This document shows positions 1 through 9,424 of a DNA stretch of 36,727 nucleotides, piece after piece (position 1 is the stretch's first letter; each line of letters begins with the position of its first letter). Both the position numbers and the translations under genes were made by a program. Origin of the DNA: a virus (Duplodnaviria > Caudoviricetes); IMG/VR virus record IMGVR_UViG_3300025012_000207, positions 1 through 36,727 of that record; one strand, given 5' to 3'. The notes under the pieces are model-generated. The model was not told where the DNA came from. It saw only the letters and a list, made by a program, of their open reading frames with translations, and did not search any database.

Positions 1-2
1 AT

Positions 3-122
3 TCCATCTTAGAAGCAGCCTACGTTCGTTTTGCAGCAGGGCAGTGTCTTGGGTTCCCTGACTGTGATATCTATTCATCCGCCAAGCAGTATATTGATAT
101 GCATAAAGGTTGTTCTGTTTAA
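3..122 (+). CDS. 3' end of a hypothetical gene truncated by the window edge
   Basis: Frame 3 is open from the window start (SILEAAYVRF...HKGCSV) to TAA 120-122, followed by a T-rich tract and a promoter. Confidence 0.35.
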   Translation, partial: SILEAAYVRFAAGQCLGFPDCDIYSSAKQYIDMHKGCSV

Positions 123-161
123 TTGAGTATTTTTTTCTTTGCTGCCTAGCAAATAAAGGTA

Positions 162-190
162 TTGCATAGATAGTTAGGTTATGGTATAAT
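162..190 (+). promoter_or_regulatory. sigma70-type promoter with extended -10
   Basis: TTGCAT(162-167)-17 bp-TATAAT(185-190), preceded by TGn, in an AT-rich intergenic region. Confidence 0.75.
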
Positions 191-197
191 AATAGGG

Positions 198-347
198 ATG
201 AAACGAAAAGCGACGATAATTTGTTGCTGTGATGCCGCCGGTAGGCGATGCCAGATGTGCGGCAGATTCGATAGGGTCAAGCCTACCAGGATATACAAGG
301 TGGACTGGCCGAGAAAGCAAAAAATCCGATGGAATCAGACGAGCTGA
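198..347 (+). CDS. small Cys-rich hypothetical protein (49 aa)
   Basis: Manual translation MKRKATIICCCDAAGRRCQMCGRF...NQTS; lies just after the promoter and ends 2 nt before the next ATG (350). Confidence 0.45.
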   Translation: MKRKATIICCCDAAGRRCQMCGRFDRVKPTRIYKVDWPRKQKIRWNQTS

Positions 348-349
348 CA

Positions 350-520
350 ATGGCGAAGAAAGAAGCGGCATGCCCCAAGTGCGGCAAGAAGTATGATGTA
401 TCGGGAATCCTTAAATCCCCCGGTCACTCCACATATATCGACTGCTCTGCCTGCGAGGTGGAGTTCGCCCCTGTTATGCTGGCTGATGGGGAAATCAAGA
501 ACAGAACGTATCGGCGGTAG
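350..520 (+). CDS. zinc-ribbon protein (CPKC...CSAC)
   Basis: Two CxxC pairs; ATG 350 preferred over 329; the frame stays open past the TAG to 667 (see findings). Confidence 0.6.
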   Translation: MAKKEAACPKCGKKYDVSGILKSPGHSTYIDCSACEVEFAPVMLADGEIKNRTYRR

Positions 521-666
521 ACCATCAAAGATTTAGTCGATATATTCAGCGACCTGCCTGACGAACCAATGAATGAAACAGGCCGGGACTATGCTCATGA
601 TCCGTTGGACGATGTAGACGGTGACGAGTGGACCCGGTTTAGGAATGACTGGGAGCGTGAGGACTG

Positions 667-876
667 ATGCAGATAGGTAAAGGCTCAATCTATACACGAT
701 ACCCCAACGATGCCTACCGGGACAATTACGAGAGGACGTTCGGGCGCAAGGAACAGACCCCTGCCGCCATTGTGAGTGACAGTATGCCTGGGTTGAGTGA
801 TGATGAGGCATGGGATGAGCAGTGGAGCGTGATTGCCGGGTTGTATGTTGATGGATACGAGGACGACAGACTATGA
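667..876 (+). CDS. hypothetical phage protein
   Basis: TGATG overlap at the start and ATGA overlap at the end; part of a coupled ORF chain. Confidence 0.6.
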   Translation: MQIGKGSIYTRYPNDAYRDNYERTFGRKEQTPAAIVSDSMPGLSDDEAWDEQWSVIAGLYVDGYEDDRL

Positions 877-1367
877 GGCCGGACCTCAATGAGACAATGA
901 CCGTTGCTGAGGCTCTCGCCTGGGTTGAGGATGTGTTCGATAGGGTAGATGCTCCGGGATGGTACGGCCAGGTATATTCTACGTGCGATATCCCGATGAG
1001 TGATGCACCAGCCAACCAAGGATTGAACGCTGAGACAGTCATACGCACACAATCGGGCGAAGATGCTGCATGTGCTGGTGAGGGTAGATGCGACCACTCA
1101 ATTATAGGGATACTCAAGGCTGGTGATACGCTGACCGAGGATAAGGTTATGGCAATGTGGAGTAGATACCTGTTCTCTGCCTGTCCTGTGGTGTTCGGCA
1201 ATGAGAACTATGGGATGGTCCCTGGCAATGTGAAGCGCCACCCCGATTACCTCAAGGCAATGAGCAAGAAGACATTCGACCTCACCTATAGCCAGAATCC
1301 GTGGGATGACCACGACCCCGGCGCGATCCTCTCCGAACGATACGAAGACCTGATAGACAAGGACTGA
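873..1367 (+). CDS. hypothetical phage protein
   Basis: 164-aa ORF translationally coupled to its neighbours. Confidence 0.65.
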   Translation: MRPDLNETMTVAEALAWVEDVFDRVDAPGWYGQVYSTCDIPMSDAPANQGLNAETVIRTQSGEDAACAGEGRCDHSIIGILKAGDTLTEDKVMAMWSRYLFSACPVVFGNENYGMVPGNVKRHPDYLKAMSKKTFDLTYSQNPWDDHDPGAILSERYEDLIDKD

Positions 1368-1368
1368 T

Positions 1369-1575
1369 ATGGTAGAAGAACTGATAGACATTTTGATGAC
1401 AGTCGCCCCTGATAGGGTAGAACTGACACTGATGTGCCCAAGCTGCATGGCTCCCCTCTACACTGCTGGCGATTGTGTGGAGTGTGGGTTGAGGATGCCG
1501 CCAGAACGGTACAGTGAGACAATGCTCAAGGCCGGTGAGTGGATGAACGCTCAGGGCTACGGAGTGAAGGCATGA
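1369..1575 (+). CDS. small zinc-finger-like protein (CPSC...CVEC)
   Basis: Two CxxC pairs; AGGA upstream; ATGA overlap with the next ORF. Confidence 0.6.
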   Translation: MVEELIDILMTVAPDRVELTLMCPSCMAPLYTAGDCVECGLRMPPERYSETMLKAGEWMNAQGYGVKA

Positions 1576-1736
1576 CGAAGACGACCACCGCCAGCCCCAC
1601 ATGGACAACCGGCTACGCCCCTACGCCCTCGCTGAAGGTTTACACCCACACAATCAGGGTAAAGAACCCACAGTACGGCGCATGGTACAAGATGCCACAG
1701 ATAGTGCGTGTGTATACCCCCCAGGGTAAGGATTGA
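1572..1736 (+). CDS. hypothetical protein
   Basis: ATGA overlap, GGAG upstream, TGATG overlap into TerS. Confidence 0.5.
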   Translation: MTKTTTASPTWTTGYAPTPSLKVYTHTIRVKNPQYGAWYKMPQIVRVYTPQGKD

Positions 1737-2341
1737 TGCAGACCATGACGGCACGGCGCAATAAGAAGGCATCCAAACAACCACGCCTACGCAAGCCAAG
1801 CCCCCAGCCTGCTATATCACCAGAAGAGCTAGACGCACGGCGCGAGACGCTGAAGAACATCGGCTCATGCGCCAGGAGAGGACGACCACCTATATATGAG
1901 ACACCGGATGAACTACAGGATGCGGTTGACTCCTACTTCGACCAGTGCGAGGTGAAAGGGTTCCTCCCCACGGTAGCAGGACTGCAATACCACATCGGTA
2001 TGTATTCCAAGGACATATGGAATGAGATTGAGAGACGCGGCGAAGAGTTTTCGGGTGTGTCAAAAAGCACACAGTTGAGAATGCAGGACTATAAGTTCCA
2101 AGCGGCAGCAGCAGGAGCGATGGACCGGAGCGTCTATATCTTCGATGCAGTCAACCATCACAACCACGTAAACACCCGGACTGAAAGCAAAAATGACAAT
2201 CGCAACTCAGGTCGCACCGAGATCGAGGCCATATCCATCCGCCTAGTCAGTGCCCTGCCTCCTGTTCAGCCGGTGATCGAGTGCGAAGGAGCCCCATTGC
2301 CGCAAATATCCGCAACCACCGAGGACAGTGATGACGTGTAG
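1736..2341 (+). CDS. terS: terminase small subunit (P22 gp3-like DNA-packaging protein)
   Basis: RRGRPPIYETPDELQDAVDSYF...PTVAGL motif typical of gp3-like TerS; upstream of TerL. Confidence 0.75.
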   Translation: MQTMTARRNKKASKQPRLRKPSPQPAISPEELDARRETLKNIGSCARRGRPPIYETPDELQDAVDSYFDQCEVKGFLPTVAGLQYHIGMYSKDIWNEIERRGEEFSGVSKSTQLRMQDYKFQAAAAGAMDRSVYIFDAVNHHNHVNTRTESKNDNRNSGRTEIEAISIRLVSALPPVQPVIECEGAPLPQISATTEDSDDV

Positions 2342-2640
2342 CTCAGTATTATCAAGGCATGGCGCAAATAGAGCAACTGATTATATATCAGTCGTCCATG
2401 TTGCAGGGTCGTACTGCCTAACATATACAGGAAGCATTCTCAGGTTGCCCGCTATTGTCGGTATATCTGTACTGAGAGAGTGGCATTAATCGTTGTGAAA
2501 TCGGTAGCCTGCAAAAATGGCTGTCGAGGTGGTTTTCACCCGGATTCGGGGGCATGTATGGGTCAGGATGATGGGCCAAAAGTCGATAGGGGGGGGTGGT
2601 CGGTTGCCGGTTGCGCCCCTTCGTATCATAGGGAGCGATT

Positions 2641-2658
2641 TATAAATTTCCGCTGAGT
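2641..2658 (+). repeat. 18-bp direct repeat, copy 1 (TATAAATTTCCGCTGAGT)
   Basis: Identical to 2875-2892. Confidence 0.9.
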
Positions 2659-2663
2659 GAATT

Positions 2664-2879
2664 ATGCCCGAGACACCCTTAGCGCAAGAGATGATTTCCA
2701 GGGCCGACGCGGACAACTTGCCACTCGACCACCCGATCAGGTTGGCGGCATTGGCATTTGAAGAGGCTGCGATGGGGATAATCACCGAACCCCGGACGCA
2801 TACCACTAAGCAGTGCATGGGAAGTTGGGCCAAAGCAAGACGGCTATGGGCAGAGTATTCAGGATGCAACTTAATATAA
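2664..2879 (+). CDS. small helical hypothetical phage protein (71 aa) bracketed by direct repeats
   Basis: ATG 5 nt after repeat copy 1; stop codon inside repeat copy 2; protein-like composition (WAKARRLW). Confidence 0.7.
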   Translation: MPETPLAQEMISRADADNLPLDHPIRLAALAFEEAAMGIITEPRTHTTKQCMGSWAKARRLWAEYSGCNLI

Positions 2880-2892
2880 ATTTCCGCTGAGT
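2875..2892 (+). repeat. 18-bp direct repeat, copy 2
   Basis: Identical to 2641-2658. Confidence 0.9.
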
Positions 2893-3014
2893 CGTTTCAA
2901 CCGTCCGATTTTAGCGGACAGTTCACTCGCCCCTTGTACACAGTGAGAATTGCAGAAACCCCGGATTGGAGAGCAAAAGTGGTGCGTAACAGGCCGACAG
3001 GATTAAGGAATAGG

Positions 3015-3059
3015 CTCAGTGTGTATATAATATACTCTACTACTAATGTACACACTGAG
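3015..3059. repeat. inverted repeat (14-bp arms, AT-rich 17-nt loop)
   Basis: CTCAGTGTGTATAT (3015-3028) / ATGTACACACTGAG (3046-3059), one G.T pair. Confidence 0.75.
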
Positions 3060-3190
3060 ACTCTATCCGTCCGTTCTCCCAATTTTCGACCTGCCCTTTA
3101 CCTTAGAAATGGCAGCTTCTCGGGCCGATCAACCGCCAATAGTGCGGCGAAGCAGACCCACCGTCCTTGCCTGGGGTTGGCCGCAAAGAG

Positions 3191-4465
3191 ATGAGTGAAC
3201 TAGCAGTAGACATCCCCGACAAACTTGCCTTCCTCTTTGAGCCTATGCGCTACAAGGTGGCAAAAGGCGGAAGATGTTCAACAAAATCGTGGAGTTACGC
3301 TAGGGCATTGCTGGCAATAGGCAGGGCGAGACAGACCCGCGTATTGTGTACCCGTGAAGTCCAGAAGTCGATCAAGGATTCGGTTCATCGGTTGCTGGCA
3401 GACCAGATTGAGAGGATGTGGCTGTACTACCACTACGAGGTCTTAGACTCCGAGATCCGGGGAAAGAACGGCACGATATTTAGTTTTTCAGGACTTTCGT
3501 CTCACACGGTAGACAGTATTAAGTCGTTTGAGGGCGTCGATATCTGCTGGGTTGAAGAGGCACAGGCTTTAAGCAAGCGGTCCTGGGATATCTTAATCCC
3601 GACCATTCGTAAAGATGGGTCAGAGATATGGGTCACGTATAACCCTGACCTTGAGACTGACGAGACGCATGTCAGGTTTGCCATTAACACCCCGGAGAAT
3701 TGCATCATCGTCCACATGAACTACTCGGACAATCCGTGGTTCAATGATGTGATGGAAGCAGAGCGTCTTCATTGCCAGAAATTCTACCCGAAGGACTACC
3801 CGAACATCTGGGAGGGTAAATGCCGACCAGCCGCCGAGGGTGCGATTTACTACGATGAGATGCAGGCGGCACAGGACGAGGGCAGGATTTGTAATGTGCC
3901 ATACGACCCGATTCTGAAGGTGCATGTGGTTGTTGACCTTGGCTGGAACGACACTCTTTCGATTGCGATGGTTCAGCGGAATTTAAGTGAAGTGAGGGTC
4001 ATTGACTACCTTGAGGGCGACCATAAGACTTTGGACTGGTATTCGATCCAGTTAAAGAAGCGTGAATACAACTGGGGGGGGGTGTTCCTGCCTCACGATG
4101 GTTTTTCAGGGAATATAGCATCAGGTGGCAAGACTTGCGCTGATACGTTTACCGCTTTGGGATGGGTTGTGCCTGGTAGAGAGTCGATCATCGAGGTTGA
4201 CGTTGAGGGCGGTATTCGACTTGCCCGAATGATGATGGCCCGGACGTATTTCGACAAGAAGAAGACCGGCAAGTTAGTCGAGCATTTGAAGCGGTACAAG
4301 AGGTCAATCAATCGCACCACACAAACCGCTGGTGCTCCGTTGCATGACGAGCACAGTCACGGTGCCGATTGTTTCCGATACATAGCCTGTAATGAGGGGT
4401 CCATGAGAAACGAGATGAAGCGACAGAGACGCATCCCCCCTCCGGTGAACTGGAGAGTTGCATGA
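3191..4465 (+). CDS. terL: terminase large subunit, PBSX/Terminase_3-like
   Basis: Walker A-like KGGRCSTKS, REVQKSIKDSV, Walker B DICWVEEAQ, NPDLETD, RNase H-type nuclease DLGWND...HGADCFRY; ATG 3191 preferred over TTG 3167. Confidence 0.95.
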   Translation: MSELAVDIPDKLAFLFEPMRYKVAKGGRCSTKSWSYARALLAIGRARQTRVLCTREVQKSIKDSVHRLLADQIERMWLYYHYEVLDSEIRGKNGTIFSFSGLSSHTVDSIKSFEGVDICWVEEAQALSKRSWDILIPTIRKDGSEIWVTYNPDLETDETHVRFAINTPENCIIVHMNYSDNPWFNDVMEAERLHCQKFYPKDYPNIWEGKCRPAAEGAIYYDEMQAAQDEGRICNVPYDPILKVHVVVDLGWNDTLSIAMVQRNLSEVRVIDYLEGDHKTLDWYSIQLKKREYNWGGVFLPHDGFSGNIASGGKTCADTFTALGWVVPGRESIIEVDVEGGIRLARMMMARTYFDKKKTGKLVEHLKRYKRSINRTTQTAGAPLHDEHSHGADCFRYIACNEGSMRNEMKRQRRIPPPVNWRVA

Positions 4466-6627
4466 AAGAATGTACGCTTGAAGTCTTTACAGGTTGGCTA
4501 GAGGAAATCTTCAATCAGCCTGCATGGAGAAGTAGAGCAGACAAGGAGATGGACTACATAGACGGCAACCAGTTAGACGCTGCCGTTCTGCTGGCACAGA
4601 GGGAGAAAGGTATTCCGCCTTCGATAGAACCGTTGATGGGGGGGGTGATTGACTCTCTGTGTGGGATTGAGGCGTTGAATAGACGGGATTGGCTGGTAGG
4701 TTCTGACAAAAAAGACAATGAAGGGGAGCAGGTAGCAGAGGCGTTCGCTTTCAAGTTGAACCAGGCAGAAAGAATGTCGAAGGCTGACCTGGCATGTTCC
4801 AAGGCGTATAAATCACAAATTTCAGTAGGACTGGGATGGGTAGAGGTTGACCGTGAACCGGACCCGTTTAAGTATCCTTATCGGTGTTTGCATATTCACC
4901 GGAATGAAATCTGGTGGGACTTCCTGGCGAAACAGGACGACTTATCTGATGCAAGATACTTAGTCAGGCGAAAATGGACCCCAGTTGACCAGGCAGTGTT
5001 GATGTTCCCCGGCAAAGAGAAGCTTATCAGGGGAGCGGTAACGAGTTGGCAGAGTGTTGATGCGCTGAGTTCTTACTTGACCGATGGGGGGTCTAGTACA
5101 GAACTTTCTATGGGTATCGAGCGCGGCTGGTCAATTGAGGAACAGGAATGGCGGGACGGGGTAAATGGCAGGGCATGTCTGTTTGAGGTCTGGTATCGGG
5201 TCTGGGAGCGGGCGTTGGTATTGAAGATGAGAGACGGGAGAATCTTGGAATACGACAAGAAGAATCCCCTTCATTTACAGGCCGCTGCCGTAGGTGTTCC
5301 ACTGGTAGAAGCGAATATCAGTAAGGTCAGGCTGGCTTGGTTTCTTGGGCCTCATAGACTCTATGATGGTCCTAGTCCGTATAAGCATGGCAAGTTCAAG
5401 TACATTCCGTTTTGGGGCAAGCGAGAAGACCGAACAGCCGTCCCTTACGCGCTTGCACGGGGCATGATGTATCTGCAAGACGAGATCAACGCCAGGACAA
5501 GCAAGATGCAATGGATGCTTGGGGCTACTCGAACCATCCGAACAGAGGGCGCAGTCTTCGATACTGACGAAGTTTTCCGAAGTATGGTCGGCAGGAGTGA
5601 CGCTGATATCATCCTCGACCAGACCGAAATGGCGAAACCTGGGGCGAGGTTTGAGATTGAAGACAACTCTGCCCTGACCCAGCAGCAATATGACCGCCTA
5701 GTGGACGCTAGAGAGGCCCTGAAGCGTGTTTCTCGCATTGCTGAGGCATACATGCAGGGGAACAAGGCTGGCATGGCTCCGGGCGACCTGAACCGCCTTG
5801 CAGAGCAATCTGTGCAGGGGCTTCCTGACCTGAACGATAACTTTGCTTTTGCAAGAGCTGAAGTTGGAGACGTTCTTCTGTCATTGCTGATAGAAGACAC
5901 AATGGAAGAGGAAGAGGTCACCATCCCAGGCACCGCAATCAACGAATCGAAGACCATTGTCCTGAACAAACCTGAAGGCGATTTCCTGACCAACGATGTC
6001 CAGCGCACGAAACTGAAGGTCACGCTCTCAGAGGTTCCGAGTACCCCGTCTTACAAGGCGCAACAACTGACTTCTTTAGCGGAGATTGTCAAGTCGATGC
6101 CTGAGAAATACCAGGAACTTGCATTCCCCCATATCTTTGACTTAACCAACGCGCCGAACAAGAAGGAACTGGCCGAGGCTGTGCGAAACATGACCAATGC
6201 GCCCAATCCAGAGGTTGAAGCGAAGACAAGAGAGTTGGATATCAAAGAGAAACTTGCCGACGCGCAGATATCTTCCCTTGTCACCAAACAGGTCATCGAC
6301 CGGATTGAGGCGATTTACTCAGCGGTCCAGGCTGGTGTCCAGATCGTCACCATGCCACAAGTCGTACCTGTTGCCGATCAGGTGTTGAAGTCATCTGGCG
6401 GTGAAGACATGGACGAAGACCCGATTGTCGCGCCTGTCACTGGAATGCAGCAAGGCGCGATTCCGGTCGATCCTGTGACAACTGACGTACAGCAGAACAC
6501 ATCACCGATGTTTCCCCCGAGAATACAAGAACCTGAGATAGCAACTCCGGTTGCGCCAGCACTTGAAGAGACGCAACCGACCGGGGGGGCTATGACTGGC
6601 ATTGAGGCAGAAGGCGTTCAACGATAA
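4462..6627 (+). CDS. portal protein, P22-like
   Basis: 721 aa directly after TerL (ATGA overlap); DYIDGNQ, SVGLGWVEV, DDLSDARY, QDEINAR and PSTPSY motifs, long Pro/Gln-rich C-terminal tail. Confidence 0.88.
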   Translation: MKECTLEVFTGWLEEIFNQPAWRSRADKEMDYIDGNQLDAAVLLAQREKGIPPSIEPLMGGVIDSLCGIEALNRRDWLVGSDKKDNEGEQVAEAFAFKLNQAERMSKADLACSKAYKSQISVGLGWVEVDREPDPFKYPYRCLHIHRNEIWWDFLAKQDDLSDARYLVRRKWTPVDQAVLMFPGKEKLIRGAVTSWQSVDALSSYLTDGGSSTELSMGIERGWSIEEQEWRDGVNGRACLFEVWYRVWERALVLKMRDGRILEYDKKNPLHLQAAAVGVPLVEANISKVRLAWFLGPHRLYDGPSPYKHGKFKYIPFWGKREDRTAVPYALARGMMYLQDEINARTSKMQWMLGATRTIRTEGAVFDTDEVFRSMVGRSDADIILDQTEMAKPGARFEIEDNSALTQQQYDRLVDAREALKRVSRIAEAYMQGNKAGMAPGDLNRLAEQSVQGLPDLNDNFAFARAEVGDVLLSLLIEDTMEEEEVTIPGTAINESKTIVLNKPEGDFLTNDVQRTKLKVTLSEVPSTPSYKAQQLTSLAEIVKSMPEKYQELAFPHIFDLTNAPNKKELAEAVRNMTNAPNPEVEAKTRELDIKEKLADAQISSLVTKQVIDRIEAIYSAVQAGVQIVTMPQVVPVADQVLKSSGGEDMDEDPIVAPVTGMQQGAIPVDPVTTDVQQNTSPMFPPRIQEPEIATPVAPALEETQPTGGAMTGIEAEGVQR

Positions 6628-6674
6628 TTTAATCTCTATTTGCTGCCAGGGCGATATCTGGCATGGAGCGTAGC

Positions 6675-7607
6675 ATGGAAGCAGAACAGTATTTTGAGAA
6701 GTTGGAAGGAGAATTGACCGACGAGCAGATGGCCCGTTTCTTGACGGGTAATGGCGATACAGCAATCGAGGAAACGCCAGCCCTCGACACTGAAGAGGTC
6801 AAAGAGGAAGAACAGAAGGAAGAAGTCAAGCCGGTAATTCTTGCCAAAGACGGTGTTCATACCATCGAATACGAGAAGTTGGTCGAGGCGAGAAATGACG
6901 CTAAGGCCGCGAAAGAAGAGGTCGAATCTCTGAGAAATACCCTTGCAGAGAGAGAAGCCCTTCTTGAAAGTCTGAAGGCTGCAAAAGAACAGGACGCAGC
7001 AACCGGCACGACCGAGGCCACGGATTCATTGAGGGAATCGGTTAAAGAGGACTTCCCGGAATTGCTGGAGTTGATGGAGCATAGCAACGCCAGTGTGGTC
7101 AAAGAACTCCGGGCAGAGATGGCGGAACTGAAGAAACAAATCTCCGCTGACCTCGCCCCGGTAATGAAGACCACGAACGACACGATTGCTGAGAAGCACT
7201 TCGGCACGATCAGGGATGCCCATAAGGACTTTGACGATATTATGGCAGCACCTGAGATTATGGAGTGGGTGGACAAACACCCCGGCCCGATCAAAGCAGC
7301 CTACATGAACATCATTGAGCATGGCACCGCAAAGGATGTGATTGACATGGTAACCGCATTCAAGGACGCACACCCTGCCCCCGTTGGCGATACAACGGAT
7401 ACAGTCGCCATGAAAGCAGCAGAGGCCGAGAAGAAAGCCACCGGAAAGTCTGTACCCAAAAGCCTGTCTGATATCCCAGCTGGAACGGCGGCACATCACG
7501 ATGAGGCTGGCGCGATGCAGAATATGACTCCCGTACAACTGATGAATAAATTCGTCGGGAAATCGCCTAACGAAATAATGGAGTTTCTCGACAGAACTAT
7601 AAGATGA
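6675..7607 (+). CDS. capsid scaffolding protein
   Basis: Acidic coiled-coil protein between portal and capsid; ILAKDGVHTI and PKSLSDIPAG motifs; GGAG 6 nt before ATG 6675 (6663 is the alternative start). Confidence 0.75.
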   Translation: MEAEQYFEKLEGELTDEQMARFLTGNGDTAIEETPALDTEEVKEEEQKEEVKPVILAKDGVHTIEYEKLVEARNDAKAAKEEVESLRNTLAEREALLESLKAAKEQDAATGTTEATDSLRESVKEDFPELLELMEHSNASVVKELRAEMAELKKQISADLAPVMKTTNDTIAEKHFGTIRDAHKDFDDIMAAPEIMEWVDKHPGPIKAAYMNIIEHGTAKDVIDMVTAFKDAHPAPVGDTTDTVAMKAAEAEKKATGKSVPKSLSDIPAGTAAHHDEAGAMQNMTPVQLMNKFVGKSPNEIMEFLDRTIR

Positions 7608-7626
7608 AACCTAATGAGGTAACACA

Positions 7627-8910
7627 ATGGCAGTAACATCTATTCCCTACGGCTCCGACCAGGCGCTCGTAACTCAGGCCGCTGGTCTGTTTACGGCATC
7701 AATGGCCAGATTGACCAAACTCAATCGTCTGACCGGCAATCTTCCGCAGCAGGCCGACGCTGAGAATAACCTGAAATTCCAGTCGAAAAGTTCTTTGCCG
7801 GTAGTTCGGGCAATGGATTTGACAAAAAGTGCTGGCGATGAGATCAAGTTTGACCTGATCAATCCTATTACCGGCAAGCCGATCATGGGCAACAAGGTCG
7901 CGCAGGGTCTTGGTAAGAATCTGACCTTCTCCGGCGACAAGCTGCACATCGACCAGGCCCGTTTCCCGATTTCTGCCGGTGGTGTTATGGACCAGCAGAG
8001 AACCAAATGGCAGCTTCGGTCCCTGGCCCGTGAGCAGTCTTTCAATCTCATGACCCGCTACGAGGACCAGCTTCAGCATGTCCACCTGGCCGGTGCCCGT
8101 GGTTTCGCCAATGATGTCGAGTGGGTTGTACCTTTGGCCTCTGATGCTGACTTTGCAAGTGTCTGTGTCAACACTGTCAAGGCTCCGACCTACAACCGTC
8201 ATTATATGTCCACTGGTACGGGCATTGAGTATGTCGCTGCTGCTGGCAGTGAGATCACCATGGCCTCTACCGACCTGTTCAACATGGACGTTGTTGATGC
8301 ACTGGCAACGACTATTGAGGAAATGGCTCTTGCACCGCCTCCGGTAGTGTTCAAGGATGACCAGATGGCCGCTGACGATCCTATCCGCGTTCTGCTGGTA
8401 TCCCCGAAACAGTACAACTCGTTTGTGAAATCCACGCAGAACTCCATTTCTTACCGGACCCTGATGGCTAACGCGGTTGCCCGTGGGCAGATGGCTAAGA
8501 ACCATCCTCTGTTCATGAACGATTCCCTTCTGTGGCGCGGCATTCTCATTGTCAAACTGCCGAAACCGATTCGCTTCTACACTGGCAATGAGCTTCTACA
8601 CTGTACTTCTCTCACCAGTGATACGGAAATCTCCGGCGATTTGATCCCCGCAGCTTTCACTACCGCCTACGCAGTTGACCGCGCCCTGCTTCTTGGCGGC
8701 ATGGCACTTGCTGAGGCGTTTGGAAAGAGCAAGCATTCCGGCGCACCGTACTTTTTCGAGGAAGAAGAAACAGATTTCAAGAACAACCTGGAAATCGTCT
8801 GCGGTCAGATCGGCGGCAAGTCCAAAATCCGCTTTGACGTAGACCACGGCGTGTCTGTTCAGCCTACTGACTTCGGCGTTATCGCACTTGATACCGTTGT
8901 AGCACTGTAA
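7627..8910 (+). CDS. major capsid protein, N4-gp56/DUF4043-like
   Basis: 427 aa; DLTKSAGDEIKFDL, IDQARFPI, VHLAGARG, HPLF...LWRGIL and TDFGVIALDT motifs; GAGGT SD; biased codon use. Confidence 0.9.
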   Translation: MAVTSIPYGSDQALVTQAAGLFTASMARLTKLNRLTGNLPQQADAENNLKFQSKSSLPVVRAMDLTKSAGDEIKFDLINPITGKPIMGNKVAQGLGKNLTFSGDKLHIDQARFPISAGGVMDQQRTKWQLRSLAREQSFNLMTRYEDQLQHVHLAGARGFANDVEWVVPLASDADFASVCVNTVKAPTYNRHYMSTGTGIEYVAAAGSEITMASTDLFNMDVVDALATTIEEMALAPPPVVFKDDQMAADDPIRVLLVSPKQYNSFVKSTQNSISYRTLMANAVARGQMAKNHPLFMNDSLLWRGILIVKLPKPIRFYTGNELLHCTSLTSDTEISGDLIPAAFTTAYAVDRALLLGGMALAEAFGKSKHSGAPYFFEEEETDFKNNLEIVCGQIGGKSKIRFDVDHGVSVQPTDFGVIALDTVVAL

Positions 8911-8928
8911 TCTAACTGGAGAATTATT

Positions 8929-9411
8929 ATGGCAACTGTAACAAAGAAAAGCATTGCAACTGAAACCCGTATCGGCGGGGTGCCGTGGGGTAACGCCACC
9001 ATCCTGCACTACCCCCTTGAGACCACTTCAGCGGGCGTGTGGGCTGACTCTGACCTGACCACCGCCATTCAGGTAAACGATGTGCTTCGTCTCGGCATCC
9101 TCCCGGCTGGTCTGAAGATTTATGACTACATGCTCAACATCAGTGACGCGTTCACTGCTGCAACCACCGGAGCTATCGGTTTTGCCTATGTTGACGGCGT
9201 TGATTCTACCGCTGTCCCGCAGGATGCAGATTATTTCTGTGCCGCTACCTCCCTGGCAACTCAGGCGAAACTGCGGATGACCAATGTTGCGGTTCGTCCC
9301 GTCACCCTGCCGAAAGCCGCCTATCTTACCCTTACCTGGGCCGGTGCCGCTGCTGATGCAGTTGGCAAGGCAGATATCGCCGTTATCGGTGAAATGACCG
9401 GACAGCCCTGA
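8929..9411 (+). CDS. putative capsid decoration/cement protein
   Basis: 160-aa beta-rich protein directly after the MCP and before a strong hairpin; GGAG SD. Confidence 0.6.
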   Translation: MATVTKKSIATETRIGGVPWGNATILHYPLETTSAGVWADSDLTTAIQVNDVLRLGILPAGLKIYDYMLNISDAFTAATTGAIGFAYVDGVDSTAVPQDADYFCAATSLATQAKLRMTNVAVRPVTLPKAAYLTLTWAGAAADAVGKADIAVIGEMTGQP

Positions 9412-9424
9412 TAAACTCAAACCT

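Noticed and set aside
533-1201. 222-aa minus-strand ORF
   Set aside because: Opposite a chain of translationally coupled + strand ORFs; Ser/His/Pro-rich shadow-frame composition.
2641-2892. 18-bp repeats as a mini CRISPR array or prophage attL/attR
   Set aside because: Only two copies around a 216-bp gene-containing interval, no cas or integrase, and they lie inside the packaging module.
2934-3194. 86-aa ORF in the terS-terL gap
   Set aside because: Non-ATG start, no SD, runs through the palindromic AT-rich element, non-protein-like composition.
7674-9420. Long minus-strand ORFs (e.g. 7699..8505, 268 aa) opposite the capsid genes, and similar ones opposite the portal and giant gene
   Set aside because: Antisense shadows of codon-biased real genes; no SD or recognisable motifs.
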